DNA of 63,582 bases, filler included, from Reticulomyxa filosa (GCA_000512085.1; 22 parts of 22 records of this genome joined end to end with filler, not necessarily neighbours in it), one strand, 5' to 3'; shown: positions 26,578-40,086, counted from the whole stretch's first letter. The notes: generated from the sequence alone by a model not told the origin. Program-made: numbers and translations.

Positions 26578-27155
26578 TGTTCAAAAATATTAATCAATTG
26601 AGAAGTTATAAAAAAAAGGCTTTTGAAGAACTTTAAACTCGAACTTGCGTAACAAAAATGTCTGAACAGTCACAAGATAGCCATTTTTATAAGTAGTGTA
26701 AAGTTTTCAAATTATATCAAATGAATAAATCCAACGCTTCAATGACTTAATTAAAACAACAAATACAAGTTATAAAATCGTATCAAAAAGCATTAACTGA
26801 ATTCACTTTTCAACTAAATTTTGTTTGAAATAGGAAAGAGTTATTTAATTAGTGTTTATTTTGCTTTTTAATGATTCATGGGTTAAAAAGTTAAATATCT
26901 TATTTATAGAAATTTGTTCAAAAAAACCTATTAAATTTTTGTGAATTATGCAAGTGAAAATTTTGCATTATTTGTCAAATGATTCAAAAATTCAATTTAT
27001 AGTTTCAACAATATGAACTAATATTTACTTAAATTTGTTAACAATGAACGAAACACACCTGAAAGGAGAATACGTTGTCGCAAAAAAAAAAAAAACCAGT
27101 AAGAGAGCACGAACAAATGAAGAAGATCATTAACAGAGCAAAAAATTCATATATT

Positions 27156-28423
27156 TCATGTAGTTTTATTTTTCAAACAAAGACTCCAAATTTTATCAAT
27201 CTCTGTTTTAATTGTTTTGCAGTCCTGGAAAACTTCGCTCATGTTTTCGATAACACCATTCATTGCTGATGTTCGATAGACTGCAAGTTTTTGTTCAAGA
27301 TCATCCTCTTGTTGGGTTACAGTTAAATTGTTATCACTCTTTGTTGCTTCAACTTCTTTTTCTTTTTCTTTCATTTGCTTTTCAATTGACTTGACATTAC
27401 CACTAACTTTATATAACAAAGTTAAAACATCATTATCCATGTCATTTTCTGGTGCTGAGTTAATCCTTTCAATAAGTTTTTTAATATCCTCGAGGATATG
27501 TTCTTCTTCGACTTGGATTGACAATAAAAACAAACGTATAAACAAATTGAATTCACAACACAGTCCATCCAAAAAAACGAGAAAATGAACCAATACAAAA
27601 CTTTTTTTTTTCATTTCAAGACCTACTCCACTGGCCCCAAGAACAAGAGCCCCACAGCCAATTGCAAGTTTTGTCCCAGCCGCCAACCCAACAAGGAGAC
27701 CGGGGATATTTCCCACAACTAGTCCCATAAACGTTGAAGAGCTTATTATCAAGATTGCTCCAATAGAGCACTTTACAGTGAAGAACAATTTAAAATAGTT
27801 TTTGTGCCTTCCTTCATGCTTTTAAACATTCTCATTAGCCGCTCGCCTTTTTTTTGTGTATTTTTTTTTTTAAGTTATGGAGTCTGAAAAAAAAAAAAAA
27901 AGAAGTTGTTGTTAACTGACCACATATAACAGCAATTTTTTTGCAATTTTCATGTAACTCAGCTACTTCTTCATGCAGTACTTCCCACGACTTTATTATT
28001 TTCTTCAACGATTTTCTTCCTGTTGCCGCCCATTCATAGATTGATGACACTATTCTCATGGTTTGACGATTCTGCTCTGACTTTTCTGTCACACTTTGGA
28101 TACATGTTTGAAATTTCATTATTTCTTCTTTTTTTGTCCATTGTCGATGCCATCAAGTCATTTACGGCTACCGAGCTATTCCTCAATTCCTTGACAAATT
28201 TAAGCTTCCATTTCGTCAATTTTGTCATTACTTGGTCCAATTCACCACTGATTTTTGCAGACACTCTCAAGCGGCTATGCTTTAATCTAGTTCTTATTTC
28301 CTCAAATTCTGCTATATCGTCTCGCATTTGCTTAAATCCACGTTTCATGCCCTCCAGGTTTCTGTCCTGTTCTGCAAATCGCATGTGATTGTACAGAGAG
28401 GTAATAACTTTGTCTTGGCTCAT
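27156..28423 (-). CDS. Coiled-coil protein with a central glycine-rich hydrophobic hairpin
   Basis: Helical regions flank SIGAILIISSSTFMGLVVGNIPGLLVGLAAGTKLAIGCGALVLGASGVGL. One +1 frame break at an A7 run (~28130) and two introns. Confidence 0.55.
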
Positions 28424-28980
28424 ACTAACAAAAAAGCTTGACCACTCAAAAACACTTAAAAACAAGCTAGGGCGAAATTTCAAAGGGTCCCACAAAAATT
28501 TAATATATTAAAACTGCAAACACTAGTCCTTTTTCGTGTATTTCTTTTGGATTCTTATTTGTTTTGATTGGCAAAATCGAGTTTATTTGTACCACACTTT
28601 TAGTATAATACAAAAAAATTCACACAAAACGTCCTTATTGAGACAATTGATTTTTCAATGAAGAAACAATATTTAACCCAAGTTCTTTTAAAAATATTTA
28701 CAAATCGGTCTTCAAACATGATTGGAATTTTTCATTATATGTCTCTTAGCAAAACACGGAAAGAGAAAATTACTGCGTGAGCCGATGGATTCAAAAATAA
28801 TAATAAAAAACAAATAAATCCAAAACAGAAAAAATGGATCGCTTTTTTAAGTTGATAAAAGAGCTGATTGAGCAAACAAANNNNNNNNNNNNNNNNNNNN
28901 NNNNNNNNNNNNNNNNNNNNNNNNTTAATTAATTAANNNNNNNNNNNNNNNNNNNNNNNNNNNNNNNNNNNNNNNNNNNN

Positions 28981-29171
28981 TTGAAAGAATGTTGATTTCA
29001 TCCAATAAAAAAAAAAGTTATTAAAAAATCAATATCATATTTAAAAACTACATGACTTGTAGATATTTTTTTTAAAAAAAATTAGGTATAAATGTTGATT
29101 TTTCATTGAGAAAATCAATAATCATCATAAGATATGTTTTAGGCGTTCAGTTTTCTTTGCAACATACTGTA
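28981..29171 (+). mobile_element. Right end of a Tc1/mariner-type element or MITE
   Basis: Longest copy of the repeat. Ends ...TTTGCAACATACTG|TA. Confidence 0.75.
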
Positions 29172-29366
29172 GAAAGGAGAAAGTGGAATAATGGATACTA
29201 CGCCTCAGTCAAAGCAGCAAGCAAAATCTAAACGGAGACAATTCCTTTTTTTGCATGATGAAAGGATTTTAAAATTTGAAACAAAATTACATTTGATTTG
29301 GATTTATAAATTTGTTATCTTAGAAGAAACAAAATGTTCGTGACAAGTGTAAATGTTACACAATTA

Positions 29367-30400
<1,034 letters not shown>

Positions 30401-30729
30401 CTTTTGTAATACTACCAAACGTTGACACATTGTCTCTCTTTGTTACAAACTGTTTTCTTTCAAAAGTCAAACAAGTTCGACTACTCAAAGATTTCAAAGT
30501 TATCAAAGTTGAAGTAATTGTCATTAGCAGTTTCATGTTCAGTAAAAGAAGGCGTTTCAAAGATATAGAAAAACTTCTTTTTTGAAATCGTTCACCCCTT
30601 TTTTGTTTGTACTTGAACAAAAATTTCCAATGCTGCAGTACAAATTGAGTTTTCGTTTTAAAAAGAGTAACGATGTTTTTTTTAAATTGAAAAAAACGAT
30701 TTTTAAAAAAAGAGCAACAATAATGAGAA

Positions 30730-31747
30730 TTACTTTGTTTTGTCTTCGGTAGTGTCTGGTCGTTTAGAGTACAGTGACCAAGACAGCATTGCTACACCAA
30801 CAACAACAAAAGCAATTCGATGCTCATTAACAAAAGTTGCACAATTATTAATTGCAAATTTGAGTTTTGGAGTCCATTGATTGGCAGAATTTCGTTTGGG
30901 AACATTGCCACGTGGATTGGAATTTCCAGACACTGCCTGGGGGACTTTACGAGCATTAGAATTATTAGGATTGGCGACTTCTTTATCAGAGTCTTCATCC
31001 GAGTCTGCCTCTATTTTTATGTATTTATTCGTTGTTGAATTTAAGAAGAGGGAAAAGATATTTTGTTTTGTTTTTGACAAAACGAATAGATGGTACGCCT
31101 TTAATCTTGGTTTTGTGATAGCTTGCACCTTGTGCACGACATTCTTCGATATGTGCTTCCAAGGCTTTAATGTATGTCTCTCGATTGCAGCACGTGTCAC
31201 TCATTTCTTGCGCTTTTTCAGCGTATTGCAGCAGCTGTTCCTTTTGTTGTTCAATTCGTGCTGCCTTCGTACTTGGAACTTCATTATATATGTATACATA
31301 AATATATATATATATATATAAAAGAACGTATGCTTTATTTAAAGAAGAGGAGAAATGAAGATATGAAATACCAGAGTCAGGAGACCGAGTAATGTCATTT
31401 GCAATTGCATTAATAGTATGCAAGCAGATTTCAGTGACACAATTCAATTGTTTGGATAATATGTCAAAATGTGCACGCTTTTCTGCTCTCATCTTATTTT
31501 TTTTTATTTTTTTTATTTTTTATTTTTTAAATTTTTTTTAATGGTTGCAAGATGTGTTCATCGAGGGACTGAAAGGACTTAAAGAAGATATGAACATGCA
31601 ATGCTCAGACTCGATTTCACATACATCAATTGATAATTGTTTTACTCGCTCTTCACTTCGCTCATCTAATTCCTCAATTCTTTTTTGATTGTTTTCGTCG
31701 TGTTCTTTCACCTTGTGTTTGTCATAGATCGGTTCATTCACATTCAT
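30730..31747 (-). CDS. Coiled-coil protein with a C-terminal transmembrane helix (5'-partial, multi-exon)
   Basis: Helical exons followed by IAFVVVGVAMLSWSLY and a short tail. Tail-anchored-like. Confidence 0.5.
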
Positions 31748-31950
31748 TTACTCCATATATATACATATATATATATAATATGTATATATATGTATATAAT
31801 ATATTATTATTATTATCCTTTTTCTCTCTCTTCTCTCTCTTTTCGATGCTNNNNNNNNNNNNNNNNNNNNNNNNNNNNNNNNNNNNNNNNNNNNTTAATT
31901 AATTAANNNNNNNNNNNNNNNNNNNNNNNNNNNNNNNNNNNNNNNNNNNN

Positions 31951-31989
31951 ATCGTTTTAGGCGTTCAGTTTTCTTTGCAACCTACTGTA
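31951..31989 (+). mobile_element. Right TIR of the Tc1/mariner-type element
   Basis: GTTTTAGGCGTTCAGTTTTCTTTGCAACCTACTG|TA is identical to the end of the 24601 copy. Confidence 0.75.
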
Positions 31990-33968
31990 ATTCTTCCAGA
32001 TATCATAGAATTTTGTTTTTACCGTTTCTCTTACATATTAAGATTTTCCAAAATAAGGTCATATATTTTGTCGATTCTTTATAAATTAAATAATGATATT
32101 TTATATTTACAATTTTTAATTTTTTTTTTAGTTGGATACTCACAAAATTGACATTTGCTTTTAATATGCGCCTTGAAATCATTCATGAAACAATTCAATA
32201 GTTATAAATCAAGATCACAAAATGTATAAAAATATGATGAACAAAACATTGATTTTATATATCAAAATATCTATAAAATAAGTTTGTTTCATTGATTGCT
32301 ACTTTACTACATGCACAAAGTATAAATTCCTTCTGCAATGTTTCGATTTTAACAAGTGAAAAAGTTTACAACAAAAGTTGAAAATTAGTACAAAATGTAA
32401 GTCGTTTTTTGAAAATTATGTGCTGTTATAACATAATGGCGACAATGGTTCGAACTGATTTTTCAAGATGTTGTTGTTTACCTTTTATTCTATTTCCATT
32501 TTTGTTTGATAATTTCTTTCAACATGAGTTTTTTGAAAAACAAAAAAGACAATGATAAAGATCTAACCAAAATTATTACAATTTTGTAAAAAGTAAAACA
32601 ATGTTGAAAAACAAAATTTCTATTCTGTGCAAGAAGTTTTCCAATTACAATCGCAATTATCTCTAATTTTAATCGCCTCGCAAATTTGCAATCTAAAAAT
32701 AAGTCATAAATTTTTTTTTTATAACAAGACAACACAATCGTTTTCAAATATTTAATAAAAGTCATAAAAAAAAATTTCTTTCAGTATGTATAAAAATTTC
32801 TTTTAGTCATCAAAAAAAATTTCCACTTCGCGTTTTTTAATATTGATGCACGAGTCCAAAAATGAACAATTTTTTTTACGACGTATTCGTTAATTCTGGT
32901 CCTGTATATAAAAAAAAGTAATTTTTGTAAATTTCTAAAAATTGCATCTAACTAGTTAGCTGTTACTCTACAATACCTTTTCCTTGTAATCATATCTTAA
33001 AAAAAAACATTACGAAGCATACGTCTTCAGCCAAAGCACTTTTCGGATTTTAAAAAAACATATACATTTTTGGACGCGTGCACAATAAAAAACGATTTAA
33101 TTTTGTGCATATGCATCAAAAAAACTGTTCAAAAAAATGTTTTTGATGCTATTTGTCTTCAAAAAAAAGGTTTTTTCGACGATATCTTAACGATGAATGA
33201 CTCATACATGAACGCGTAAAGTATTTTTTTTTTAATGAAACTTATGCAAATAATATCAATTAACACCATTTGCATAGAAAATAAAACTATGAATGAACAG
33301 TTGCAATGTGGTACAAAAAAAACAAAAAAAAGTTATTTTTTGTCTCAGTCAAGCGTTATAGTTTTGAATTTATGCGTTTCTATTTCTCGAAGCCATTTTG
33401 AGTATTATTTGCGTGTTTTCTTTGAGTAGTTATTTCAAGGAAATACTGTACATGATCGTATCACTATCTCCAAATGTGACAAACGTTATACTCCTGAAGA
33501 AGATTTGATTATAAACTGTTCAATGACTTCAATATTTCAAAGATCAGTTAAAAATAAACTACAACTTATAAGTTTTGGAGATAAGAATATCAAGTTCTTT
33601 TATTAAAATTTCCACAAATGAGGAGCCCGTATTTGTGCAGCACACATTGAGATTGCCAAAGTGGAGTGGACAAATCCTTCAAGTTTTGGGTTGATATAAT
33701 AGTTTGAATTTACTCAGAAGATTTTGTATTGTGTTTTGATTATCCGTCATTGTCGAAGAAACTATTAAAACAAAAAAATTTGTTTAAAGTGAGTTAATTT
33801 CTTAGTTGAACTATTTCATCAACACTTTTTGCAATTTTGAGAAAGGATATCATTAATGATTTGATCGGATATCTTTTTGAAACTTTGGGCGTTTTTTTCG
33901 TGTTGTCACATATTTTTGATGTTCCCTTCATTGAGCTTAAAAAAAAAAGTTCAAACATTTCTCATTAT

Positions 33969-34770
33969 ATGTCGTCGAATGCTACCTTGAATGAAAAAAA
34001 CAAGACAATGACCACTCTTAGCAATGAAAAACAAACTTCAGCTCAACTGCCACTAGTCAGCTTTTTAGAAACTTGATTGCTTATGTTTTTTTTGTATTTA
34101 TTTAATTTATTGTATATACTTTATGATTGAATCAGGCAAAAGAACAAGAAATCCAAATCATTATTCAGCATTGGATTCGAATATTAAATATCAAATTAGG
34201 ATGGATTAATAATTTTGACAAACTTGTTGTCGATTACGTTATGTTGTTTTTTTTTATTAAAATAAATAGTGCAAATAATATTTATCTATAATCACAATTA
34301 ACACAGGCAATTAATTTTTTCATATTTGACACCTTCCATTCGTCATCCAAATTACTCAAAACATTTACTGGACACACTAATTATTTATGGAGTATTGATT
34401 ATTCAGTATTTGATGATAAACAATTCATTTGTTCTGGATCAGAAGATAATACAGTCTGTGTATGGGATATAGGAAATATCAAAAAAATCCAATCATTCAA
34501 TAGACATTCAAACCCTGTATATTGTGTAAAATTTTCACCATATCATTATCATAACAATCACCAAAATGTCATTTGTTCTTCATCAAGTGACGAAACCATT
34601 CGTTTTTGGGATTTCAAACATAATAAACAATTACAAATATTCAATGGACACACTGACAGTGTTTATGGAATTGAATTCTCATCATTTAATGGTGGTAGAT
34701 ATTTATGTTCTGGATCTGGTGACAAAACAATTCGTTTATGGGATGTTGAAACATCAAAATCATTACATAT
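33969..34770 (+). CDS. WD40-repeat protein of an expanded AT-rich family (3'-partial; not in the ORF track)
   Basis: Exon 3 encodes TFTGHTNYLWSIDYS...ICSGSEDNTVCVWD...ICSSSSDETIRFWD...FNGHTDSVYGIEFS...LCSGSGDKTIRLWD. Exon 2 (34136-34237) encodes the ...HWIRILNIKLGWINNFDKLVVDY module. Confidence 0.9.
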
Positions 34771-34957
34771 NNNNNNNNNNNNNNNNNNNNNNNNNNNNNN
34801 NNNNNNNNNNNNNNTTAATTAATTAANNNNNNNNNNNNNNNNNNNNNNNNNNNNNNNNNNNNNNNNNNNNTGTGTGTGTGTGTGCTTTAAGTATCTTTTT
34901 TTTTTATTTAAAAAAAAAAAAAAAAAAAAAAGGGTTGAAATAACATCGGTGAAATAG

Positions 34958-35514
34958 GTGGATTAGGAAATTGGAAGTCCAATTCTCAAGAATTATTAAA
35001 CTCTCATAAACGCATGGCAACTTTGCTAAAGTTTCCCAACAGTGATCAAAACACAGAAGCTTTAGAAAAACTTGGTAGATACGGCTTGGGCACAATGCGG
35101 AGCTTTGAAAGTTATTTGGAATTCAGTGGGATCAATACCATGACCTTCCAAATCGATGCGCGTGATAAGTGTATTCGACCATACATTGGTTGGAATGACT
35201 CCTCCATCAAACAGCAAATAACAAATTTAAATTCTTTTGGAAAAACCGCTTTGCTTCGGGACATGCGTCTTGAAGATGCTGCTAATGCCAATTTTTTGAC
35301 CCATATCATCGGGGTTGACATCACAAAGCTCCGAATTCATCAATTGCTTAATACTCCACCTCGAAGACAAGTCGACATCAACAACCTTCCAATTATGGAA
35401 AGTTCGTCCAATAAAGGCAGCACGGGTGCATGGTATTCACAACTTGCACTTTTTGTAGTTGCTTGCAATTTCCTTGTTGGAGTGATATGTTTGATTTTGA
35501 AAAGCAAGAAGTAA
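34958..35514 (+). CDS. Last exon of a probable GT60 (Gnt1-like) GlcNAc-transferase with a C-terminal transmembrane helix
   Basis: SHKRMATLL...YGLGTMRSFESYLEFSGIN matches the GT60 C-terminal YGLG..R....Y..F.G pattern. Ends LALFVVACNFLVGVICLIL-KSKK. Confidence 0.5.
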
Positions 35515-35945
35515 AACGACAATTACAGATCACAACTAAATCTGATGAACATCTTGTTTAAACCTGTTCAAAATGTAGACGAATTATGATTATCAATTTT
35601 TTTTCTCCTCTTTCACTTCATAAATTTTTTTTAAAATCGATAGAAAAAACTTCTGCAACATTAGAAAATTATTCGCATAATTTTAACTTCTTCAAAAAAA
35701 AAAAATTTCTGTTTCAGAAATTGATTTACAATCGCTTTTATGAGGTCATTCCAATCCAAAAACTGAACTCGAATTTTCACGATTTTTATTATAAAAAAAA
35801 AGAAAGAAAACTAACGGTTATAATACAAAGAAAACTACATCACTTGTCTTTTAATTGAAAACAAAGATTTCGACTTTCAGTTTTCTCAAGCTTGCTCTAT
35901 CCTTAGATCTTGGATAGGATGTGCTTCTACCCACTTGAAAAACAG

Positions 35946-37592
35946 CTATAAGTGCACGATACATGAAAATAGTACGAACAATGTATTAGGACATGACTGT
36001 GCAAAAAAAAAAACAAACCAAACTTGAGTTTTTTGGAACCTTGAAAAGGAGTCTTTCAAATTGGAAAGAACATCGTGCAAACTTCCGTCGATTGCATTGA
36101 GAACGAGAATGATAATGTCCACGTCCAAATTTTCTTGAATTTTTTTGCCTTGATAATAATCACTGGCCAATTTTTGAGCGACGGTAATTTTATTGGAAAA
36201 TTGGCTATTTTGACGAAATGGATTTAAGCCGGAAGCTCTTGCATGTCCCGCAAAATAAAAACTCGCTGATCTTTCCTCAGACGAGTGAGGAGCAGTCTTG
36301 GTGCTGTCAGCATGAGATAGTCCAGAGTGTTGTGTAGTGTGAAAAGAGAAGATGGACGGACTAAAATGTTTGGTGGAGTTGTGAGTGTCTTTATGCACAA
36401 TCATGTCCTTGGAGTGGACCATTTTGCTGTCACTGGCAAAGTGGGTATGTTTGGAGGGTGGTTCATGATCTGCCGGCTTTGGTCCTTCTTCCCTGTCCGT
36501 TTGGCCACACGCGAGTACCTCGAGTTCACTGGTGCTTATCCCAGCGTTATGTCCGCCACTGGCTTGGCCGTGTTTGGCCCTGTTGAACATGCCAAGTCCC
36601 ATCAGCAAACGAGCACTATGTGCATGCGCAATCTCCTTGTTCGTAAACGCTGCATACACATCATCACGTCCATTGGAAAGGCCATCTCCAGGGACGGTAT
36701 GAGCGGTGGTCTTGGTACTTTGACCGTGCGAAGCAGCGGCATTTACTACCGTTTTGCCGTCGGAGACATGGCCTTTTTCATTTGTGTGTTTATCAAGTGT
36801 TTGTTTGGGACTGGGACTGGAATTGGAATTGGAGTTGAAATTAAAATTGAAATTCAAACTGGAATTGACATTGAGAGTGGTATTTGCATCTACGTGCGTA
36901 ACGTCATTATTACCATCATTGTTATTATTGTAATCATTGTTACTATTATGATCATTGCTATCGTTATGATCATTGTTATCGTTGTGATCATTGTTACTAT
37001 TATGATCATTGTGATCATTGTTACTATTATGATCATTGTGATCATTGTTACTATTATGATCATTGTGATCATTGTGATCATTGTGATCATTACTATCATT
37101 TCCAACATAGGTGGTATTATTGCCATGAACAGAATGAATGCCAGTATTATTCTCAGGTGCATCTGGAATGACATTAAGAAAAGTTGTGGGCAGTGTCGTG
37201 GAAATGTTATGCTTTGTGTCCAAATGAAAGCCGGGGTGGGACATAGAGAAGGCGTCCGACTTGGCGGCGATCATTGGAGTGATAGGCCCGAACAGCGGCG
37301 AGGGTCTCACTGCGCTGCGCAACTCCTCGTCTTTGACCGTGACAGCCCGTGCCGACGGCTCTGCAACTTCTCTCTCCACTTCCAACACCACGCCGTAGTG
37401 ATTGGCAATTTGCGAATACGCTTGCGAGCACTTTGTGCGCTGTTCCGAGCCGATGTTGATTTGCGACTGCGCCTGGCGAAAGTAGTGACCATCGTCGATA
37501 TACTTTTCGAACAACGCCAAATATCGGAGTCCTACTAATGGGTACTCGCGAATCAGTCGCGACTGCGGCAGTTCGTCTGGCAATTTCATCAA
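35946..37592 (-). CDS. RGS-domain protein, C-terminal part, with a large low-complexity insertion
   Basis: LFEKYID...QINIGSEQR (RGS helices 5-6) and LNAIDGSLHDVLSNLKDSFSRFQKT (helices 7-8) are separated by roughly 400 aa of S/H/N-rich sequence. Confidence 0.7.
   Translation of the reverse strand: MMKLPDELPQSRLIREYPLVGLRYLALFEKYIDDGHYFRQAQSQINIGSEQRTKCSQAYSQIANHYGVVLEVEREVAEPSARAVTVKDEELRSAVRPSPLFGPITPMIAAKSDAFSMSHPGFHLDTKHNISTTLPTTFLNVIPDAPENNTGIHSVHGNNTTYVGNDSNDHNDHNDHNDHNSNNDHNDHNSNNDHNDHNSNNDHNDNNDHNDSNDHNSNNDYNNNNDGNNDVTHVDANTTLNVNSSLNFNFNFNSNSNSSPSPKQTLDKHTNEKGHVSDGKTVVNAAASHGQSTKTTAHTVPGDGLSNGRDDVYAAFTNKEIAHAHSARLLMGLGMFNRAKHGQASGGHNAGISTSELEVLACGQTDREEGPKPADHEPPSKHTHFASDSKMVHSKDMIVHKDTHNSTKHFSPSIFSFHTTQHSGLSHADSTKTAPHSSEERSASFYFAGHARASGLNPFRQNSQFSNKITVAQKLASDYYQGKKIQENLDVDIIILVLNAIDGSLHDVLSNLKDSFSRFQKTQVWFVFFFAQSCPNTLFVLFSCIVHL
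36925..37098 (-). repeat. Coding minisatellite (NDH)n / NDHNDHNSN
   Basis: Tandem GATCATTGT 9-mer and 27-mer units inside the RGS exon. Confidence 0.85.
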
Positions 37593-37619
37593 CTCGAGTT
37601 TGTAGGGTATATTTGGACT

Positions 37620-37650
<31 letters not shown>

Positions 37651-38289
37651 NNNNNNNNNNNNNNNNNNNNNNNNNNNNNNNNNNNNNNNNNNNNTTAATT
37701 AATTAANNNNNNNNNNNNNNNNNNNNNNNNNNNNNNNNNNNNNNNNNNNNTTACAATCTTAAAATTCATTGTAGAATTCTGTTGCTTTTACAGCCGGAAA
37801 CAAATTACAAAATGTGAATATATTTTAAATTAGACAATTTTGGTTTTTTTTTTTGCATAGTACAATACATATATCGCAGAAAAAACTGTCACACTTAAAT
37901 GGTACTTTAAGAAGATCGATTTTCTCCATGAAAAATAGACATTTAATACTAATTTTTTTAAAACAATTTTTGCTAGCTTGAATATTCATAAAAAATGAAC
38001 AGAAAGATTTTAAAGTTTCATAGTGCAATAATTTATATGAATCCCCGCAAAACTTTCAAAAATAATATATTGGATAAAAAAAATTATAAAACAACTGACA
38101 TACAAAGAAAGCCAAAAGTTGCAAAAGCCAAAATGACACAAATACATGATCATATTACGAAATACTTTCAAAGTGCAAACATTTAACATACACAAACTCC
38201 AAATGAATAATGTAATCGAAAACACAAAAAAACAAATAAATTATATTCGAAAATTCCAAATGAAATTCAAATGCACATTTTGCTTGTCA

Positions 38290-38650
38290 TCACTACAAAT
38301 ACAATGGAATACACTTTTCTTCATTTCATCTTTGAGCACATCTAAGTACAATTTTGAGTAAATAGTGCAATTAATTTTTGTAGCCCAGCCAACTATATTT
38401 GATAATATACAACTCAAAACCATAAAATTTTATATATCATTATTGACATTAGGCTAGCGCGAAAGAATACATGCTTGTTTACTAGTCACCAACAATATTA
38501 TTTTCAGTCACTGTTGATTTGTTTTATGCTAGTTTCACCGCTGAACATAACTTTACGCCAATCTCAGTTGTCCAATTTCGATACTTTAATGCAAATTGAA
38601 GGCGCAATCGACGATTAAACCTGTAAGAAGTGGTTTCTTAACTTTAAGAC
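38290..38650 (-). mobile_element. Decayed Tc1-family transposase fragment
   Basis: Frameshifted KVKKPLLT / RRLRLQFALKYRNWTTE / WRKVMFSGETSI (SDE decayed to SGE), then MVLSCILSNIVGWATKINCTIYSKLYLDVLKDEM, matching the Tc1 MVWGC...GVG...I.G.M.S..Y..IL block. Confidence 0.75.
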
Positions 38651-39425
38651 ATCTATTTAAACACTGTAATTTTAAAATTCATCTTAGTCAAACTTAGTTT
38701 TTGAAGTTTCAATTTCTGTCTTTTTCTGACAATATCTATAGCAGTCTTGCATTATATGTACAAATTAATCTTTCATTTGCATATCATCATATGCAGACCA
38801 CTTTTTTTGTCTTTGTGAGTAATTTTTCATGTTGGCACACCCAGTAGCTGCAATTTTTTTATGTAGCATACTAATAACATTCTTGTCAACGAAAAATTCT
38901 ATGCCTATATTTAAGACTCACTATTTTCCAATAGTTACATTGCCAGACAGATTTCATACTGACTTAGCTTGTTTGACATTTTCCAGTACAACACATGCTG
39001 ATAAGTCTTTAAATGGTGAAATTAGTAGAATAAGTGAAATAAAAAACAATTACTAGCTTGGATGAACTATACTTTTTTTGAAGATGTGATGTTTTGACGA
39101 ACTTTTTAGAAAAAACAGCTTGCGTTAAACATATATTTGAATTACCAAAAAATCTAGTTAATGTACTTTTTCAGCAAATTTTTTATTCGTTTCTATTGCA
39201 AAATCTTGTTATTTTAAAAAATGTTGCAAAATATTTGTAAATTTTTTGAAAATACTTTAAACGTTAAAGTTCCATTCTTACGATATATGTACGATTTTCA
39301 ACTTTTTCTCAAAATTTGAAAAATCATGAAGAAAATCAATCATTTATATATGTTGACATTTTATGTGTCAGCTTTCTTTTGTATTTTAATGTATTTAAAT
39401 CTTTCTTTCATTTGTACATTCTCAC

Positions 39426-40086
39426 TCAATAAAACCACCATCTTGATGAAGAAGCTTCTCCCCAAATATAAATGAGACCTTCAGATGAACCATAACACAG
39501 ATTATAACCACAATCATTCTTTTTATTTTTATTGCTTTTATTACTATTCTTAAATTTAAGACATTTTATTGCACTATCTCCTTTGATTATATGCAATTCA
39601 TTTTTATTCGATCGAATATCCCAAAAACGAATTGTATTATCTCTTGATCCAGAACATATCACATTTGAATTACCACCAATTTCATCATTATTTACTACAA
39701 ATGGTGAATATTCAACTGCATTAACATAGCTTGTATGTCCATTGAACACTTGAATTTGTTTATCAGATCGAATATCCCATAAACGAACACTTTTATCTTC
39801 TGATCCAGATAATATTGTATTTACTAATTCATTTGATCCATATTTTACACTACAAATAGAATTATCATGTCCCTTTAATATATTGAATTGTTTGGTTGTT
39901 TCAATATCCCATATTTGAATAGTATTATCATATGATCCAGAACAAATTGTATATCCATTACCACCAACCACACCAATACTATTACTTTTATTATTATTCT
40001 TGTTATTATTATTGTTTTGCAATTGTGAAATATCAACACACAAAACACTATTTTCATGTCCATTGAAAACATGTAATGATTTTGAT
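39426..40086 (-). CDS. WD40-repeat protein, C-terminal part (same expanded family as 33969)
   Basis: Repeats such as ICSGSYDNTIQIWD, GHDNSICSVKY, ILSGSEDKSVRLWD, ICSGSRDNTIRFWD. Confidence 0.92.

Noticed and set aside
36327-37538. 403-aa very hydrophobic (I/V/M-rich) plus-strand ORF
   Set aside because: Antisense reading of the (NDH)n-containing RGS exon, not a membrane protein.
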